From positions 896,001 to 960,000 of the forward strand of contig OY970067.1 in NCBI GenBank assembly GCA_963705305.1: DNA of 64,000 bases. The letters are read 5' to 3'. Shown in pieces: positions 18,491-28,899 of this stretch (the stretch's first letter is position 1; each line of letters begins with the position of its first letter). This DNA comes from an uncultured Methylomirabilota bacterium (GTDB lineage: Bacteria > Methylomirabilota > Methylomirabilia > Methylomirabilales > 2-02-FULL-66-22). The notes beneath the pieces are model-generated. The model made no database searches. It worked only from the letters and a program-made list of their open reading frames with translations, and was not told the origin of the DNA. Position numbers and translations under genes: made by a program.

Positions 18491-18712
18491 ACGAACTCTC
18501 CCTTCTGACGGGCAGAGCCCGACACCACTCCGGTATTCTGCCGCTCCGTTGACGAATTGTATGCCCTTGAGCAGGAGGCTGTCAACGCGGGGAGGCCGCG
18601 ACATCATGGCGTCCCGGCGGCTGACATGGTAGAATTTGCGTCGTTGCGGCGCCCGGGGGTATCTCCCGGAGCGCTCGAGGAATGCCCCTCAGGAGAAAGG
18701 AACAGCGGTTCC

Positions 18713-19249
18713 ATGGCCATCCTCAAGATAGCCGTCCTGGGCAATCCGATCCTGCGCGTCCCGGCGGAGCCAGTGAAGAATGTCCAGGCGTCGGACATCC
18801 AGCGCCTGATCGATGACATGGTCGAGACCATGCGCGAATACCGTGGCGTGGGCTTGGCGGCCCCCCAGGTGCATCGATCCCTCCAGATCGTCACCATCGA
18901 GGCGGACGAGGACCAGCGCTCTTCCAAGGTTCAGTCTCCACCCACCGTCCTCATCAATCCGCGCATCGTGCCGGTCACGGACCGGCAAGAAGAGGACTGG
19001 GAGGGCTGCCTGAGCGTCCCGAATCTGCGGGGAAAGGTGTCGCGGCACACCGAGATCGAGGTCCAGGCCTCCGATCGCCGGGGCAAGCCCGTGCACCTGA
19101 AGGTGGGCGACTTCTTTGCCCGGGTGGTCCAGCACGAGTATGACCACCTGATCGGCACAATGTTCCTCGATCGCATGAAGAGCCTGGAGACCCTGACCTT
19201 CCTGGACGAATACGCCCGGTTCTGGGCCCGGAAAGAGGACGAGGAGTGA
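18713..19249 (+). CDS. def: Peptide deformylase
   Basis: [22 protein letters not shown]. Confidence 0.97.
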   Translation: MAILKIAVLGNPILRVPAEPVKNVQASDIQRLIDDMVETMREYRGVGLAAPQVHRSLQIVTIEADEDQRSSKVQSPPTVLINPRIVPVTDRQEEDWEGCLSVPNLRGKVSRHTEIEVQASDRRGKPVHLKVGDFFARVVQHEYDHLIGTMFLDRMKSLETLTFLDEYARFWARKEDEE

Positions 19250-19761
19250 CCACTCCGCCGGACTATCGTTTCTGCCCCCGCTGCGGGGGATCGCTCGATC
19301 GGCGGGTCCTTCGCGCCGGCGAGCCGCCCCGGCTGGTCTGCCAGGCCTGCGGGTTCGTGTTCTTCCTGGATCCCAAGGTGGCCACCGGAACGCTGTTCCG
19401 GCTGAACGGCGGGGTCCTGCTGGTCCGGCGCGCCATCGAGCCCAGCTACGGAAAGTGGGTGTTCCCGGGAGGATACGTGGATCGCGGCGAATCGCTGGAG
19501 GCGGCCGCCATCCGCGAGGCAAAAGAGGAGTGCGGCCTGGACGTCCGCCTGGTGCGACTCCTGGGGGCCTATTCCTACACCGGTAACCCGGTCATCCTGA
19601 CCGTCTACGAGGGCGAGGTCACGGGCGGGTCCCTCGCCATCGACGACGAGAGCCTGGATGCCCGATCCTTTCCCCCGGCCGAGATCCCCTGGGACCAACT
19701 CGCCTTTCCCAGCACCCGCGCCGCCCTGCAAGACTACCTGGGTCTCCCCAGGACCCCCTGA
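19246..19761 (+). CDS. NUDIX hydrolase with N-terminal zinc ribbon
   Basis: FCPRCG...[29 protein letters not shown]. Confidence 0.93.
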   Translation: MTTPPDYRFCPRCGGSLDRRVLRAGEPPRLVCQACGFVFFLDPKVATGTLFRLNGGVLLVRRAIEPSYGKWVFPGGYVDRGESLEAAAIREAKEECGLDVRLVRLLGAYSYTGNPVILTVYEGEVTGGSLAIDDESLDARSFPPAEIPWDQLAFPSTRAALQDYLGLPRTP

Positions 19762-20299
19762 CGCATGGCCTGATCTTCCAGCCCGATGGACCCATGAGAC
19801 TTCGATTCCTTCCCCCGGCACCCCAATTGTGCAAAACAGTCCGCCGCCCTAAGGAGTCCATTCGGCTCTGCCTCTCCAGCGCCTTCCGCTTTGGACGGCA
19901 CCGATTCGCCTTATTATGGTCCGCCCCCCGGCACCCCAATGGAGACATGGTTCCTTTCCTCCAGCCAGAGCAGGGTCCCCTCCATCCGGAACAGTCTTGT
20001 CGAGTCGAGGATCGGCGCAGTACTCCGTGGATCCGGGTTGTCCGGTAAGACTCCGTCCGGCCCTTTCCTGCCTGAAGTAGGTACGTCCGACCAGCCATAC
20101 CAGCACACCATCTTCAGGTTCTCTTGACCGGCCGGAGCGGTCCGGAGTAACCTTCGCCTGATTGCCCCTCGCCGTGATGATCGTCGGAGGAGGCCCAATG
20201 GGATCGGTTACGGACAATGCTCCGGACCCGAGGCGGGCAGGCGGCCCGATATACCCGTCACTGTCCACACGTCCGAGTCCCCGGCCCGTTTTATCTATC

Positions 20300-20599
20300 G
20301 CTCCCAGGAGTTCGCCCCGTTCCCGTTGCGCGCGCCAGGTCGTCAAGTTCGTGGAGTACAGCCCCTCGCGACGGAGCAGGGCCCCGAACTCTCCCGGCTG
20401 CGTGCACGCCTCCGCTTCGCGCAGGATCTTGAGCTTGTACTCGCCCGAGAACCGTCGCCGAGTGGCCTTGGCCAGCACCTCGACCTCGTTCGCCGTCTGT
20501 CCCGGGACCACGACTCCATTCGGGGCACTCATCGCCCACTTCCTCCCCGCCCTCTACCCTAAACTCTGAAGCGGGGAGTGTCTCACTCATATTGGCACA
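20300..20599 (-). mobile_element. IS3-family remnant (left end plus truncated orfA)
   Basis: RRRFS.EYKL.IL.EA..C..PGE.GALLRREGLYS..L..WR; terminal TGTGCCAATATGAGTGAGACAC read on the minus strand from 20599. Confidence 0.85.
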
Positions 20600-20663
20600 G
20601 AGAGCCAACTCCATCATGGCCACACCGAAGACCTCCCACAGTCTAGAGGTAAATCACACGAAG

Positions 20664-21959
20664 ATGATAGTGATAAAAGGCGGGCGACTACTTGACGGAA
20701 CGGGAAGAGCCCCCTTTGAGAACGCGATCGTGATCGTCGAGGGGTCGAGAATTACATCTGTGGGTCCGGCCGAAGAGGTGCCTGTCCCCAGCGGGGAGGG
20801 TGTGGAGATCGTCGAGGTTACGGGCAAGACGGTGATGCCGGGATTGATCGACAGTCATGTTCACATCTACTCTAACGGGGAGTCGAGCGAATTCGCTTCC
20901 ATGCCGATCCGCGACAATCCGCTGTCGCGTGCCATGATGGCAGTCCCCCGCTTGAAGCGTACCCTCGAAATGGGCATTACCACGCTGCGGGATGGTGGGT
21001 CGGGGTGGGGATGGCTGGAGGTAGCCCTTCGGGACGCGATCCTCCGCGGTGATATCGTCGGTCCACGGTATTTTGCCACTGGATATCACCTGACTGTCAC
21101 TGGAGGGCATGGCTTCTTCCTCCCCCCCTGGCTCGCAAACATGCCGATCCACCCAACGCAATCGTCGGTGCATTGCGACGGGCCCGACGAGTGGCGGAAG
21201 GCTGCTCGAATGCAGATCTATAACGGAGTCGACTGCATCAAGCTTGTAGCCAGTCGCGATGTGATCAGTCCGGGTCTCGCCACCGCGCCGCAGGCGACGC
21301 TCGACGAATTGCGCGCGGCCGCTGAAGAGGCGCATAAGATGGGCAAAAAGGTGCTGGCCCATGCCCAGGGCCACAAGGCCATTATGCGATCCATCGAGGC
21401 CGGTGCTGACTCGATCGTCCATGGCTTCTGGATTGATGAAGAGTGTGCGGATCTGATGGTCAAGCGGAACGTGTTCTTGGAGTCGACCAACCTGTATGTA
21501 CGAGGCATCGTGGACAAGGGCGCTGGTGATCTTCCCGACTGGATGGTGCAAAAGGCGGTCGCGTGCTGGCAAGATAAGAAAGAGAATTTCCGGATGCTGT
21601 TGGACAAGGGCGTCAAGATATCCTTCGGCTCCGACGCCGGGGTTCCCTACGTTTATCACGGAGAGAACGCCAAAGAGTTAGCCATGTTTGTCGAGTTGGG
21701 GATGTCACCTGCCCAGGCGATCGTCGCGGCCACCAAAACCGCAGCCGAGGCCGTGGGCCTGGGCGACCAAGTCGGCACACTAGAGGCAGGCAAGGTTGCG
21801 GATATCATCGCTGTAGAGGGTGATCCGTTACGCGACATTGATCTCTTGCATCGGCCCGATGCGATCAAGATGGTGATGAAAGACGGATTGATTGTACGGA
21901 CTCGGCCCTCGAAGATCAGCGGAACGCCGAGTGGTGTGCGCGACACACCGACCTCTTGA
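20664..21959 (+). CDS. Metal-dependent amidohydrolase (Xaa-Pro dipeptidase-like)
   Basis: PGLIDSHVH, G.D.IK, AHA, HG, GSDAG, G.LE.GK.AD.I.V.GDP. Confidence 0.92.
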   Translation: MIVIKGGRLLDGTGRAPFENAIVIVEGSRITSVGPAEEVPVPSGEGVEIVEVTGKTVMPGLIDSHVHIYSNGESSEFASMPIRDNPLSRAMMAVPRLKRTLEMGITTLRDGGSGWGWLEVALRDAILRGDIVGPRYFATGYHLTVTGGHGFFLPPWLANMPIHPTQSSVHCDGPDEWRKAARMQIYNGVDCIKLVASRDVISPGLATAPQATLDELRAAAEEAHKMGKKVLAHAQGHKAIMRSIEAGADSIVHGFWIDEECADLMVKRNVFLESTNLYVRGIVDKGAGDLPDWMVQKAVACWQDKKENFRMLLDKGVKISFGSDAGVPYVYHGENAKELAMFVELGMSPAQAIVAATKTAAEAVGLGDQVGTLEAGKVADIIAVEGDPLRDIDLLHRPDAIKMVMKDGLIVRTRPSKISGTPSGVRDTPTS

Positions 21960-21980
21960 CCTCAGAAAGGAGGACTTACG

Positions 21981-23270
21981 ATGAGAAGCACGAACAAGGG
22001 AACTTCACGTAGGGTTTTCCTGAAATATGGGGCTTCCGCCGGCCTCGGGATGATGGCACTGACAAGAAGCTCCTTCGCCGCCGCCCAGGCAAAGAAGCCG
22101 ATCCTCATCGGGCTCACTAGCGACGCGAGCGGTACTTATGCGCCGGATGGCGCGGATGAGCGACGTGGCATGCTGATGGCCATCGAGGAGTGCAACGAGA
22201 AGGGCGGAGTGCTTGGAAGAACAATAGAGTACAAGCATGAGGACACGGAAACGAATCCTTCCACGGCAGCCCGCAAAGCCGAGCGACTGATCCAACGCGA
22301 GCAAGTTGATTTTCTGGTCGGCGCCTGCAGCAGCGACTGCGCCAACGCGATCTCCGAGATCGCACAGCGAAACGGCGTTGTCTTCTTCAACTCCAATAGC
22401 AGTGCCGACTCGGTCACGAATGAACACTGCCACCGGACGAATTTCGTCGTCGATGCCAACAACCACATGTTCATCTCTGCCTTGGGTCCATGGGTTGCGA
22501 GAAACGTTGGGAAGCGCTGGTATTTCGTCACTCACGACTATACCTTTGGAAGGACCGGCACGGCGGAGTTTCGGAAGGTCCTGGCTGCCGAGAATGGCGT
22601 CGAGCTCGGCGAGGTGCTGATCCCTATGGGGACCAGGGATTTCAGCGCCCAAATTATCAAGATCCTGGCGGCCAAGCCAGATGCGGTCATGACGACAGTT
22701 GCCGGTGACGACGCGGCGGCTCTCTACTCGCAGGTGAAGGAGTTCGGAGCCGACACGAAAGTGCAGTGGTGTCTCGCGTGCAAGGATTGGCCCATCATTT
22801 GGGCCCTCGGCTGGGACAAAAACTTCGGGGTGTTCGGCTTAACGTGGTATCACAAGCAAGATTACCCGGGGATCAGGGAGTTCGTCGCAAGATACAAGAA
22901 GCGGTGGCCCAATGCGTCGGTTCCCGTTCCCGGGAACGAGAGTTACAACGGCTACATGTCGATCCGCGAGTTGTTGCGAGCTGTCGACCGTGCTGGAACG
23001 ACGCGCAATCACGAGGTCATCAAGGCCCTCGAGGGGTGGGTGATCAAGGACAGCATGAAGCATGACCCAACAACCATCCGGGCCCTTGATCACCAATTTC
23101 AGGCGACGATATACATCGCCCGGCAAAAGCCGAAGGACAAGATGGAAGACGAGACGGATATATGCGAGATCATCGGCATGGTCAAGCCTGAAGAAGCGGT
23201 CATCAAGCCAGCGGATAGTAAGTGTAAAATGGAAGCCCTTGCCGCCACCCCGGTGTATTGGAAGAATTAG
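21981..23270 (+). CDS. Branched-chain amino acid-type ABC substrate-binding protein, Tat signal
   Basis: SRRVFLK Tat motif, N..GGVLGR.IE, DY.FG, DFSA.I.KI. Confidence 0.9.
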   Translation: MRSTNKGTSRRVFLKYGASAGLGMMALTRSSFAAAQAKKPILIGLTSDASGTYAPDGADERRGMLMAIEECNEKGGVLGRTIEYKHEDTETNPSTAARKAERLIQREQVDFLVGACSSDCANAISEIAQRNGVVFFNSNSSADSVTNEHCHRTNFVVDANNHMFISALGPWVARNVGKRWYFVTHDYTFGRTGTAEFRKVLAAENGVELGEVLIPMGTRDFSAQIIKILAAKPDAVMTTVAGDDAAALYSQVKEFGADTKVQWCLACKDWPIIWALGWDKNFGVFGLTWYHKQDYPGIREFVARYKKRWPNASVPVPGNESYNGYMSIRELLRAVDRAGTTRNHEVIKALEGWVIKDSMKHDPTTIRALDHQFQATIYIARQKPKDKMEDETDICEIIGMVKPEEAVIKPADSKCKMEALAATPVYWKN

Positions 23271-23533
23271 AGGCTGCGAGTAAGCATGTTTAGAGCTCCC
23301 CCGCGACGTTTGCACGGCTTTCCGGTCGCGGGACGGTCTTCCGCCTGTGGCCCGGCCTCTATAGTCGCGCGGTCGGAGGATAGCGTTGTGATAATCAACG
23401 AGCGGGTTCGTGCCCCGCCTGAATTTGAGAATGATGGTACACGCTCCCCGAAAGCCTACGTATGAATCGATAGTTACACACGACCATTTTGGCCTTTCTA
23501 TGTATCGCGATCGGAGCGGCGGCGACTACCGCT

Positions 23534-23860
23534 CAAGGGCGAGGATGCGCTTCGGGGCCGGGATCTCGAGCGTTTTCAGCAAGGCAACGACGGCCGGGTT
23601 GGCATGCGTGCTTTGAACAATAGGTCGTCTCTACGACCCGGTAGCGGACGGCCTTGAGCGCGTCCGGGACCAGGCGGATATTGGGCTTGGTGTCCCCCGC
23701 CCGGATCTCGGCCGGCCGCTCGAGAAGCAGGGCGAGGCCACACAGTTTGATGTGACTAAGGATCCGGTGGGCGGTCCAGGGGTCGACAGGCCGGATGCGG
23801 AGCCCCGTGGTCTTCATCCGGCGGAAGCATGCCTTGATGGGCATCATCCCTTTGTACCCC
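23534..23860 (-). pseudogene. IS1634-family transposase C-terminal remnant
   Basis: FRRMKTTGLRIRPV..WT..RI.SHIKLC.LALLLER; truncated and degraded. Confidence 0.8.
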
Positions 23861-23953
23861 TGTGCGGCACCGGCTCGTTTTATCGGTAGTGTTTGCGATA
23901 TCAGCAGGTGCCCCGATGGAGCCGGCGAGCCGGAACCCAAGAGGAGTGCGGCG

Positions 23954-24826
23954 ATGCCAAGTTTTGTGGAGTTCTGTACGCAGTTGTTGAACGGCGTGGT
24001 ATTGGGGCTGCTTTACGCCTTGGTCGCACTAGGCTTCATGCTCATTCTCGGCTTCATGGAGGTCATCAACTTCAGTCACGGCATGCTGTTCGCGTTTGGA
24101 GCTTATTTCGCCATCACGCTTATTCCTGTCGTAGGTTTCTGGCCAGCGTTCTTAATCGGCCCCGTCATCGTTGGCATCATGGGAGTCTTGCTCGAGTTTG
24201 CGGTACGACGGACGTACGGCAAGGATCCCCTTTTCGGGCTTCTCCTCACGTTCGGCGCCGCGATGGCCCTGGAGGAAATTGTTAAGATAATCTGGGGGCC
24301 GGGCAACTACTCGATGATGATTCCCGCGTTCGCGCAAGGACCGATCTCCCTCGGGTTCATCACCTACTCTAAGTACCGCGCTTTCCTCGCCGGCCTCGCG
24401 ATCCTATTCATTGCTCTGACATGGCTTTTTCTCGAGAAAACGCCCTATGGCGCCCTCATCAAGGCGGGCGCCTTCGACAGCGAGATGGTCATGGCGATGG
24501 GTATCGACCTGAGGAAACTGAGGACCGTGGTCTTTGGCCTCGGATCCTTGCTGGCCGCCACTGCCGGCATTGTGGCCGCCCCCCTGTGGAGCGTGAAGCC
24601 AACGATGGGTACAGATGTCATCATGCCCGCTTTCGTTGTCGTGGTGATCGGGGGGGTCGGCAGTCTGTGGGGGTCGGTGATTGGCGGGTTGCTGGTTGGC
24701 GTGCTGACTGCCATCAGCGTCATGTTCATGCCAAGAACCTCCAGTATCACCATGTATATCCTTATGGCTATTATCCTGCTGGTTCGGCCAAGAGGCCTGA
24801 TGGGCGAAAAGAGCATCCTTGATTGA
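23954..24826 (+). CDS. livH: Branched-chain amino acid ABC permease LivH
   Basis: Q.LNG..LG..YALVALG..LI.G...INFSHG; AFVVVVIGG.GS..G; RP.GL.G. Confidence 0.92.
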   Translation: MPSFVEFCTQLLNGVVLGLLYALVALGFMLILGFMEVINFSHGMLFAFGAYFAITLIPVVGFWPAFLIGPVIVGIMGVLLEFAVRRTYGKDPLFGLLLTFGAAMALEEIVKIIWGPGNYSMMIPAFAQGPISLGFITYSKYRAFLAGLAILFIALTWLFLEKTPYGALIKAGAFDSEMVMAMGIDLRKLRTVVFGLGSLLAATAGIVAAPLWSVKPTMGTDVIMPAFVVVVIGGVGSLWGSVIGGLLVGVLTAISVMFMPRTSSITMYILMAIILLVRPRGLMGEKSILD

Positions 24827-25830
24827 CGGAACTGACGGAGGAACCAGTGAACAACGCTGCGTCGAGAGTTGTCCGCCACCCTATGCTGTGGGTTTTTGCA
24901 CTCTTTTTGGTTCTTCCATATTTTTTGCCGTTCTTGGGCGGTTATACCTACCTTGGCGTGGAAGTCCTTATATGGTCCATTTTTGCGCTCGGTCTGAACA
25001 TTATCGTCGGGTACACAGGGTTGCCCTCCTTTGGCCACGGTGCGTTCTTTGGCGTCGGCGCGTTCGTTTTGGGGATTGTCCAACTCCGCGTTACCCACGG
25101 AATGTGGGTTCCGCTGCTCGCCGCCATTCTCGCCGCTACCCTCTGTGGCGCCATGGTGGGGCTGTTCGTCGCGAAAAAGCGTGGGATCTACTTCGCGCTT
25201 CTTACGATCGCGTTCAGTCAGATGTTTTGGTTCGTCGCGTGGGGGTGGGATTCGGTCACAGGCGGTGAAGGTGGTCTCCTCGGAATTAATCGGCTCCCCG
25301 TAGGGGTTCCGGGCCTGTTCAGCGTCGGTATCGACAGCATTCTTCATTATTACTACTTTGTCTATATCATCTTTATTGCCTGCGTCGTGTTGATCTGGAT
25401 TGTTGTTCACTCACCGTTTGGCCGAACCCTGCAATCCATCCGCTATAACGATACGCGCGCAAGGTGCATCGGATACAACATTGCCTTCTACAAATGGATC
25501 GCGTTCACCCTCTCATGCGCATTTTCGGGGCTCGCAGGCGCCCTCTATGCGTTACTGAGAAATGCTGCCTTCTCGGACGTGCTCCACTGGACTAGGTCGG
25601 GTGATGTCATCCTGATGATTATTCTGGGTGGCGGCATGAGCAATTTTTTCGGTCCTATTCTCGGCGCGACCGTGTTCATTGTCCTGCGAGACCTATTCAG
25701 CACCATCACCGAACATTGGCTCTTGATTTACGGTCTGCTGTTCATGGCCGTGATTATATTCGTGCCGGAAGGACTGCTGACCATTTTTCAAGGCTGGACA
25801 AAGCGGAGGCTCACTGGACCTGAGAAATAG
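24823..25830 (+). CDS. livM: Branched-chain amino acid ABC permease LivM
   Basis: GYTGL.SFGH.AFFG.GA, G.YFALLT.AF, TGGE.G, SPFGR.L. Confidence 0.92.
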   Translation: MTELTEEPVNNAASRVVRHPMLWVFALFLVLPYFLPFLGGYTYLGVEVLIWSIFALGLNIIVGYTGLPSFGHGAFFGVGAFVLGIVQLRVTHGMWVPLLAAILAATLCGAMVGLFVAKKRGIYFALLTIAFSQMFWFVAWGWDSVTGGEGGLLGINRLPVGVPGLFSVGIDSILHYYYFVYIIFIACVVLIWIVVHSPFGRTLQSIRYNDTRARCIGYNIAFYKWIAFTLSCAFSGLAGALYALLRNAAFSDVLHWTRSGDVILMIILGGGMSNFFGPILGATVFIVLRDLFSTITEHWLLIYGLLFMAVIIFVPEGLLTIFQGWTKRRLTGPEK

Positions 25831-25840
25831 GGAGCAGATT

Positions 25841-26587
25841 GTGGACATCCTGACAACTCAACACTTAAGCAAGCGTTTTGGCGGACTAGTGGCGGTAAAC
25901 AACGTCAGTCTGAAAGTAAGACAGGGCTGTTTAACATCTCTGATTGGACCCAACGGGGCCGGGAAGACGACGCTGTTTAATCTTCTGACGGGATTAATGA
26001 AACCGGATGCGGGGCGGATCCATTTTCAGCAAGTCGATATTACGGCCTACCCCCCCCATCGGATTGTGAAAGTAGGGGTAGGCCGGTCTTTCCAAATTGT
26101 GAATATCTTCGGGGAACTGACCCTTCTGGAAAATGTTCGCCTCGCAGTTCAGGCGCAAAAGGGTCATGGTCTCGAAATGTTCACGTCCGTCAACTCGTCT
26201 GGCTTTCATGAAGTGAATGAGCAGGCCGCAGCAATTATCAGGGCGACCGGCCTGGGGGGCAAGGAACGGATCATTGCAAAGAATCTGTCATACGGAGACA
26301 AGCGCTTGCTGGAAATCGCCATCGCGCTAGGATCGAAGCCGCGCCTGCTCTTGATGGATGAGCCCACTAGCGGATTGGCCAGCAGAGAGACTGCCAGGAT
26401 GAGGGAGTTCATTCAGAATCTCGCGAAAGAGCTGACAATTCTGCTTATCGAGCATGACATGAACATCGTGCTGTCCATTTCTGATCATATTGCCGTGCTT
26501 CACCAGGGGCGAGTGATAGCGGAAGGAGAGCCGGACGCGATACGACAGAATGCAGACGTGCAGGAGGCATACTTGGGGGGATTATGA
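25841..26587 (+). CDS. livG: ABC ATP-binding protein LivG
   Basis: GPNGAGKTT, LSYG, LMDEP, IEHDM, VQEAYLG. Confidence 0.93.
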   Translation: MDILTTQHLSKRFGGLVAVNNVSLKVRQGCLTSLIGPNGAGKTTLFNLLTGLMKPDAGRIHFQQVDITAYPPHRIVKVGVGRSFQIVNIFGELTLLENVRLAVQAQKGHGLEMFTSVNSSGFHEVNEQAAAIIRATGLGGKERIIAKNLSYGDKRLLEIAIALGSKPRLLLMDEPTSGLASRETARMREFIQNLAKELTILLIEHDMNIVLSISDHIAVLHQGRVIAEGEPDAIRQNADVQEAYLGGL

Positions 26588-27285
26588 GGATGCTTTGTGT
26601 GGACCGAATCAACACATTTTACGACGAGGCGCAGATTCTGCACGACGTGTCGCTAACCATCGCCCGGGGCGAGATCGTCGCGCTCCTCGGACGGAACGGC
26701 GCGGGGAAGACCACGACTTTGAGGAGCATTCTGGGGTTGACTCCGGCGAAGCAGGGCAGGATTTTGTTCAAGGAAGAGGAGATCACGAGGCTACTGCCAC
26801 ATCTTATCGCCCGAAGGGGTATCGGCTGGGTTCCCGACAACCGCAGGATCTTTCCGACGCTCACCGTTCAACGGAATTTGGAGATCGCGCAAAAGAACGG
26901 TACCCATCGGGAGTGGGACCTCAAGCAAATTTATGAACACTTCCCCACGCTGGAAAGATTCAGGGGCCACAAAGGGGAATATCTGAGCGGCGGCGAACAG
27001 CAGATGCTGGCGATTGCCAGGACGCTGATGGGGAACCCGGACCTCCTCCTCTTGGACGAGCCGTCCCAAGGGCTCGCGCCGAAAATCGTTAAGGAAGTGA
27101 TGAAGATCATCATGGAGTTGAAACGGAAGGCGATCTCAATCTTGCTCGTGGAGCAGAACTCTGTAATGGCGTTGGCAGTGTCTGACCGATGCTATGTCCT
27201 CGACGACGGGCGGATTGTGCACGAAAGCACGGCGGAGGACCTGGATCGGAACGAGGGACTGAAGAGAGAGTTCTTGGGGATATAG
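26584..27285 (+). CDS. livF: ABC ATP-binding protein LivF
   Basis: GRNGAGKTT, LSGGEQQMLAIAR, LDEPSQGLAP, VEQN. Confidence 0.93.
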   Translation: MRMLCVDRINTFYDEAQILHDVSLTIARGEIVALLGRNGAGKTTTLRSILGLTPAKQGRILFKEEEITRLLPHLIARRGIGWVPDNRRIFPTLTVQRNLEIAQKNGTHREWDLKQIYEHFPTLERFRGHKGEYLSGGEQQMLAIARTLMGNPDLLLLDEPSQGLAPKIVKEVMKIIMELKRKAISILLVEQNSVMALAVSDRCYVLDDGRIVHESTAEDLDRNEGLKREFLGI

Positions 27286-27477
27286 TGGGAGAGAAGATTC
27301 ACTCCTCGGATCGCTGCCCCTGATCTACCGGAAAACCGAACCGCCGCGAATGCGGGTGCGACGTGGGATGCCGTAAAATCCATGTGTCTGGAGTACAAGC
27401 GGAGCCGAGAGTGAGATTGACCCGACGGGGCGCGTGGCCTCTTGGGCGCAGATCGGGGCGGGGGGAAGGAGACTGGG

Positions 27478-28545
27478 ATGGAGTACCGGAAGGTCGGGCG
27501 GACGGGGCTAAAGGTGTCGGCGTTCTGTCTGGGGACGATGACGTTCGGTCGTCAGGTGAATGAGCAGGAGTCCCTGCGGATCATTCAGCGAGCCATCGAC
27601 GCGGGGGTCAACTTCATCGACACCGCCGACATGTACGACAACGGCGGGACAGAGTTGATTGTCGGGAAAGCGATCCATGGGATGCGGGACTCGCTTGTCA
27701 TCGCGTCGAAGGCGGGGCATATCCGACGATTGGGAAAGAAGTATGGCGAGCAGAAGATCGCGGGCCCGATCGATCTGCCGCGGCCACGGGCCTTCCATCC
27801 CTGGCCGGCAGGCGAAGACATCAGTCCGAACGACACGGGCCTCTCACGGAAGAATATGATGAAGGCGATCGAGGGGATCCTGCAACGCCTCCGTACCGAT
27901 TACCTCGACATATACTATGCCCACATGCCGGACTATGACACGCCTCTCGACGAAACTCTCCGCGCCATGGATGACCTTGTGCGTCAGGGAAAGGTCAGAT
28001 ATCTGGGCTGCTCTAACTTCCGTGCATTCCAGCTCTGCAAAGCGCTCTGGATCAGTGACTCGCACAATCTCGCCCGCTGGGACATCATCCAGCCGCCCTT
28101 CAACTTACTCGCCCGAGATATCGAGTACGAACTGCTACCGCTCTGCCTCGAGGAAGGCGTCGGTGTCGCAGTGTTCAGTCCCATGGCCGCCGGGTTCCTC
28201 TCGGGCAAGTACGAGAAGGGGAAGCCGCCGATCGAGGGGCGACGGTTCGCCCTGTCGTCGCGGGGGTTCCGCTACAATGAGAAATTCTGGACGGACATCG
28301 ATTTCGAGGCTGTGGTTAAGCTGAGGAAGATTGCAACGGACCACGGCAGGAGCTTGTCCCAATTTGCCCTCGCGTGGGTGCTAAACAAAAGGGGGATTAC
28401 CTCAATCGTTTGCGGCGCAAGCGCCATCGAGCAGCTAGATGAGAATTTGACGGCGGTCGGAATCCGGCTTTCGCAGGAGGAACTCGACGCATGCGATGAA
28501 GTGTGGCATGAAATCCATCCCCCGCGATTGTTTTACGGAAGGTAG
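27478..28545 (+). CDS. Aldo/keto reductase
   Basis: GTMTFG, NFIDTAD.Y, RL.TDY.D.Y..H, GKVRY.G.SN, SP.A.G.L.GKY. Confidence 0.95.
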   Translation: MEYRKVGRTGLKVSAFCLGTMTFGRQVNEQESLRIIQRAIDAGVNFIDTADMYDNGGTELIVGKAIHGMRDSLVIASKAGHIRRLGKKYGEQKIAGPIDLPRPRAFHPWPAGEDISPNDTGLSRKNMMKAIEGILQRLRTDYLDIYYAHMPDYDTPLDETLRAMDDLVRQGKVRYLGCSNFRAFQLCKALWISDSHNLARWDIIQPPFNLLARDIEYELLPLCLEEGVGVAVFSPMAAGFLSGKYEKGKPPIEGRRFALSSRGFRYNEKFWTDIDFEAVVKLRKIATDHGRSLSQFALAWVLNKRGITSIVCGASAIEQLDENLTAVGIRLSQEELDACDEVWHEIHPPRLFYGR

Positions 28546-28899
28546 CGGCGCACGCGATAGCGACGAAACGGAAGACAACACCAGGCCCAGAGATGTCGTG
28601 CTGGCCATCGGCACAGTGACTTTCTCCTTGTGGAGTGTTACTTTAAAGATACTGCCGCCCGTCTTGTGCAAGTCTCCACACATTGTTGTTGGACGGATCG
28701 AATGTTGCACTACCTCCGATTGACTCATGGAAGTGTGAAAGAAAGGGGGCGAATGCGACCTGATGCGCCAGAAATTGGACCGGGGTGCTTCCGTTAGGAA
28801 GCTCTCGGCCGTCGGCCAGCATCAATCGCGTCATCCGCAGGCCAAGGAGGCCCACCGCGTGGGTGTGAAGAGTCTCTTGTCCGGCTGAAGGAGTTGTTA

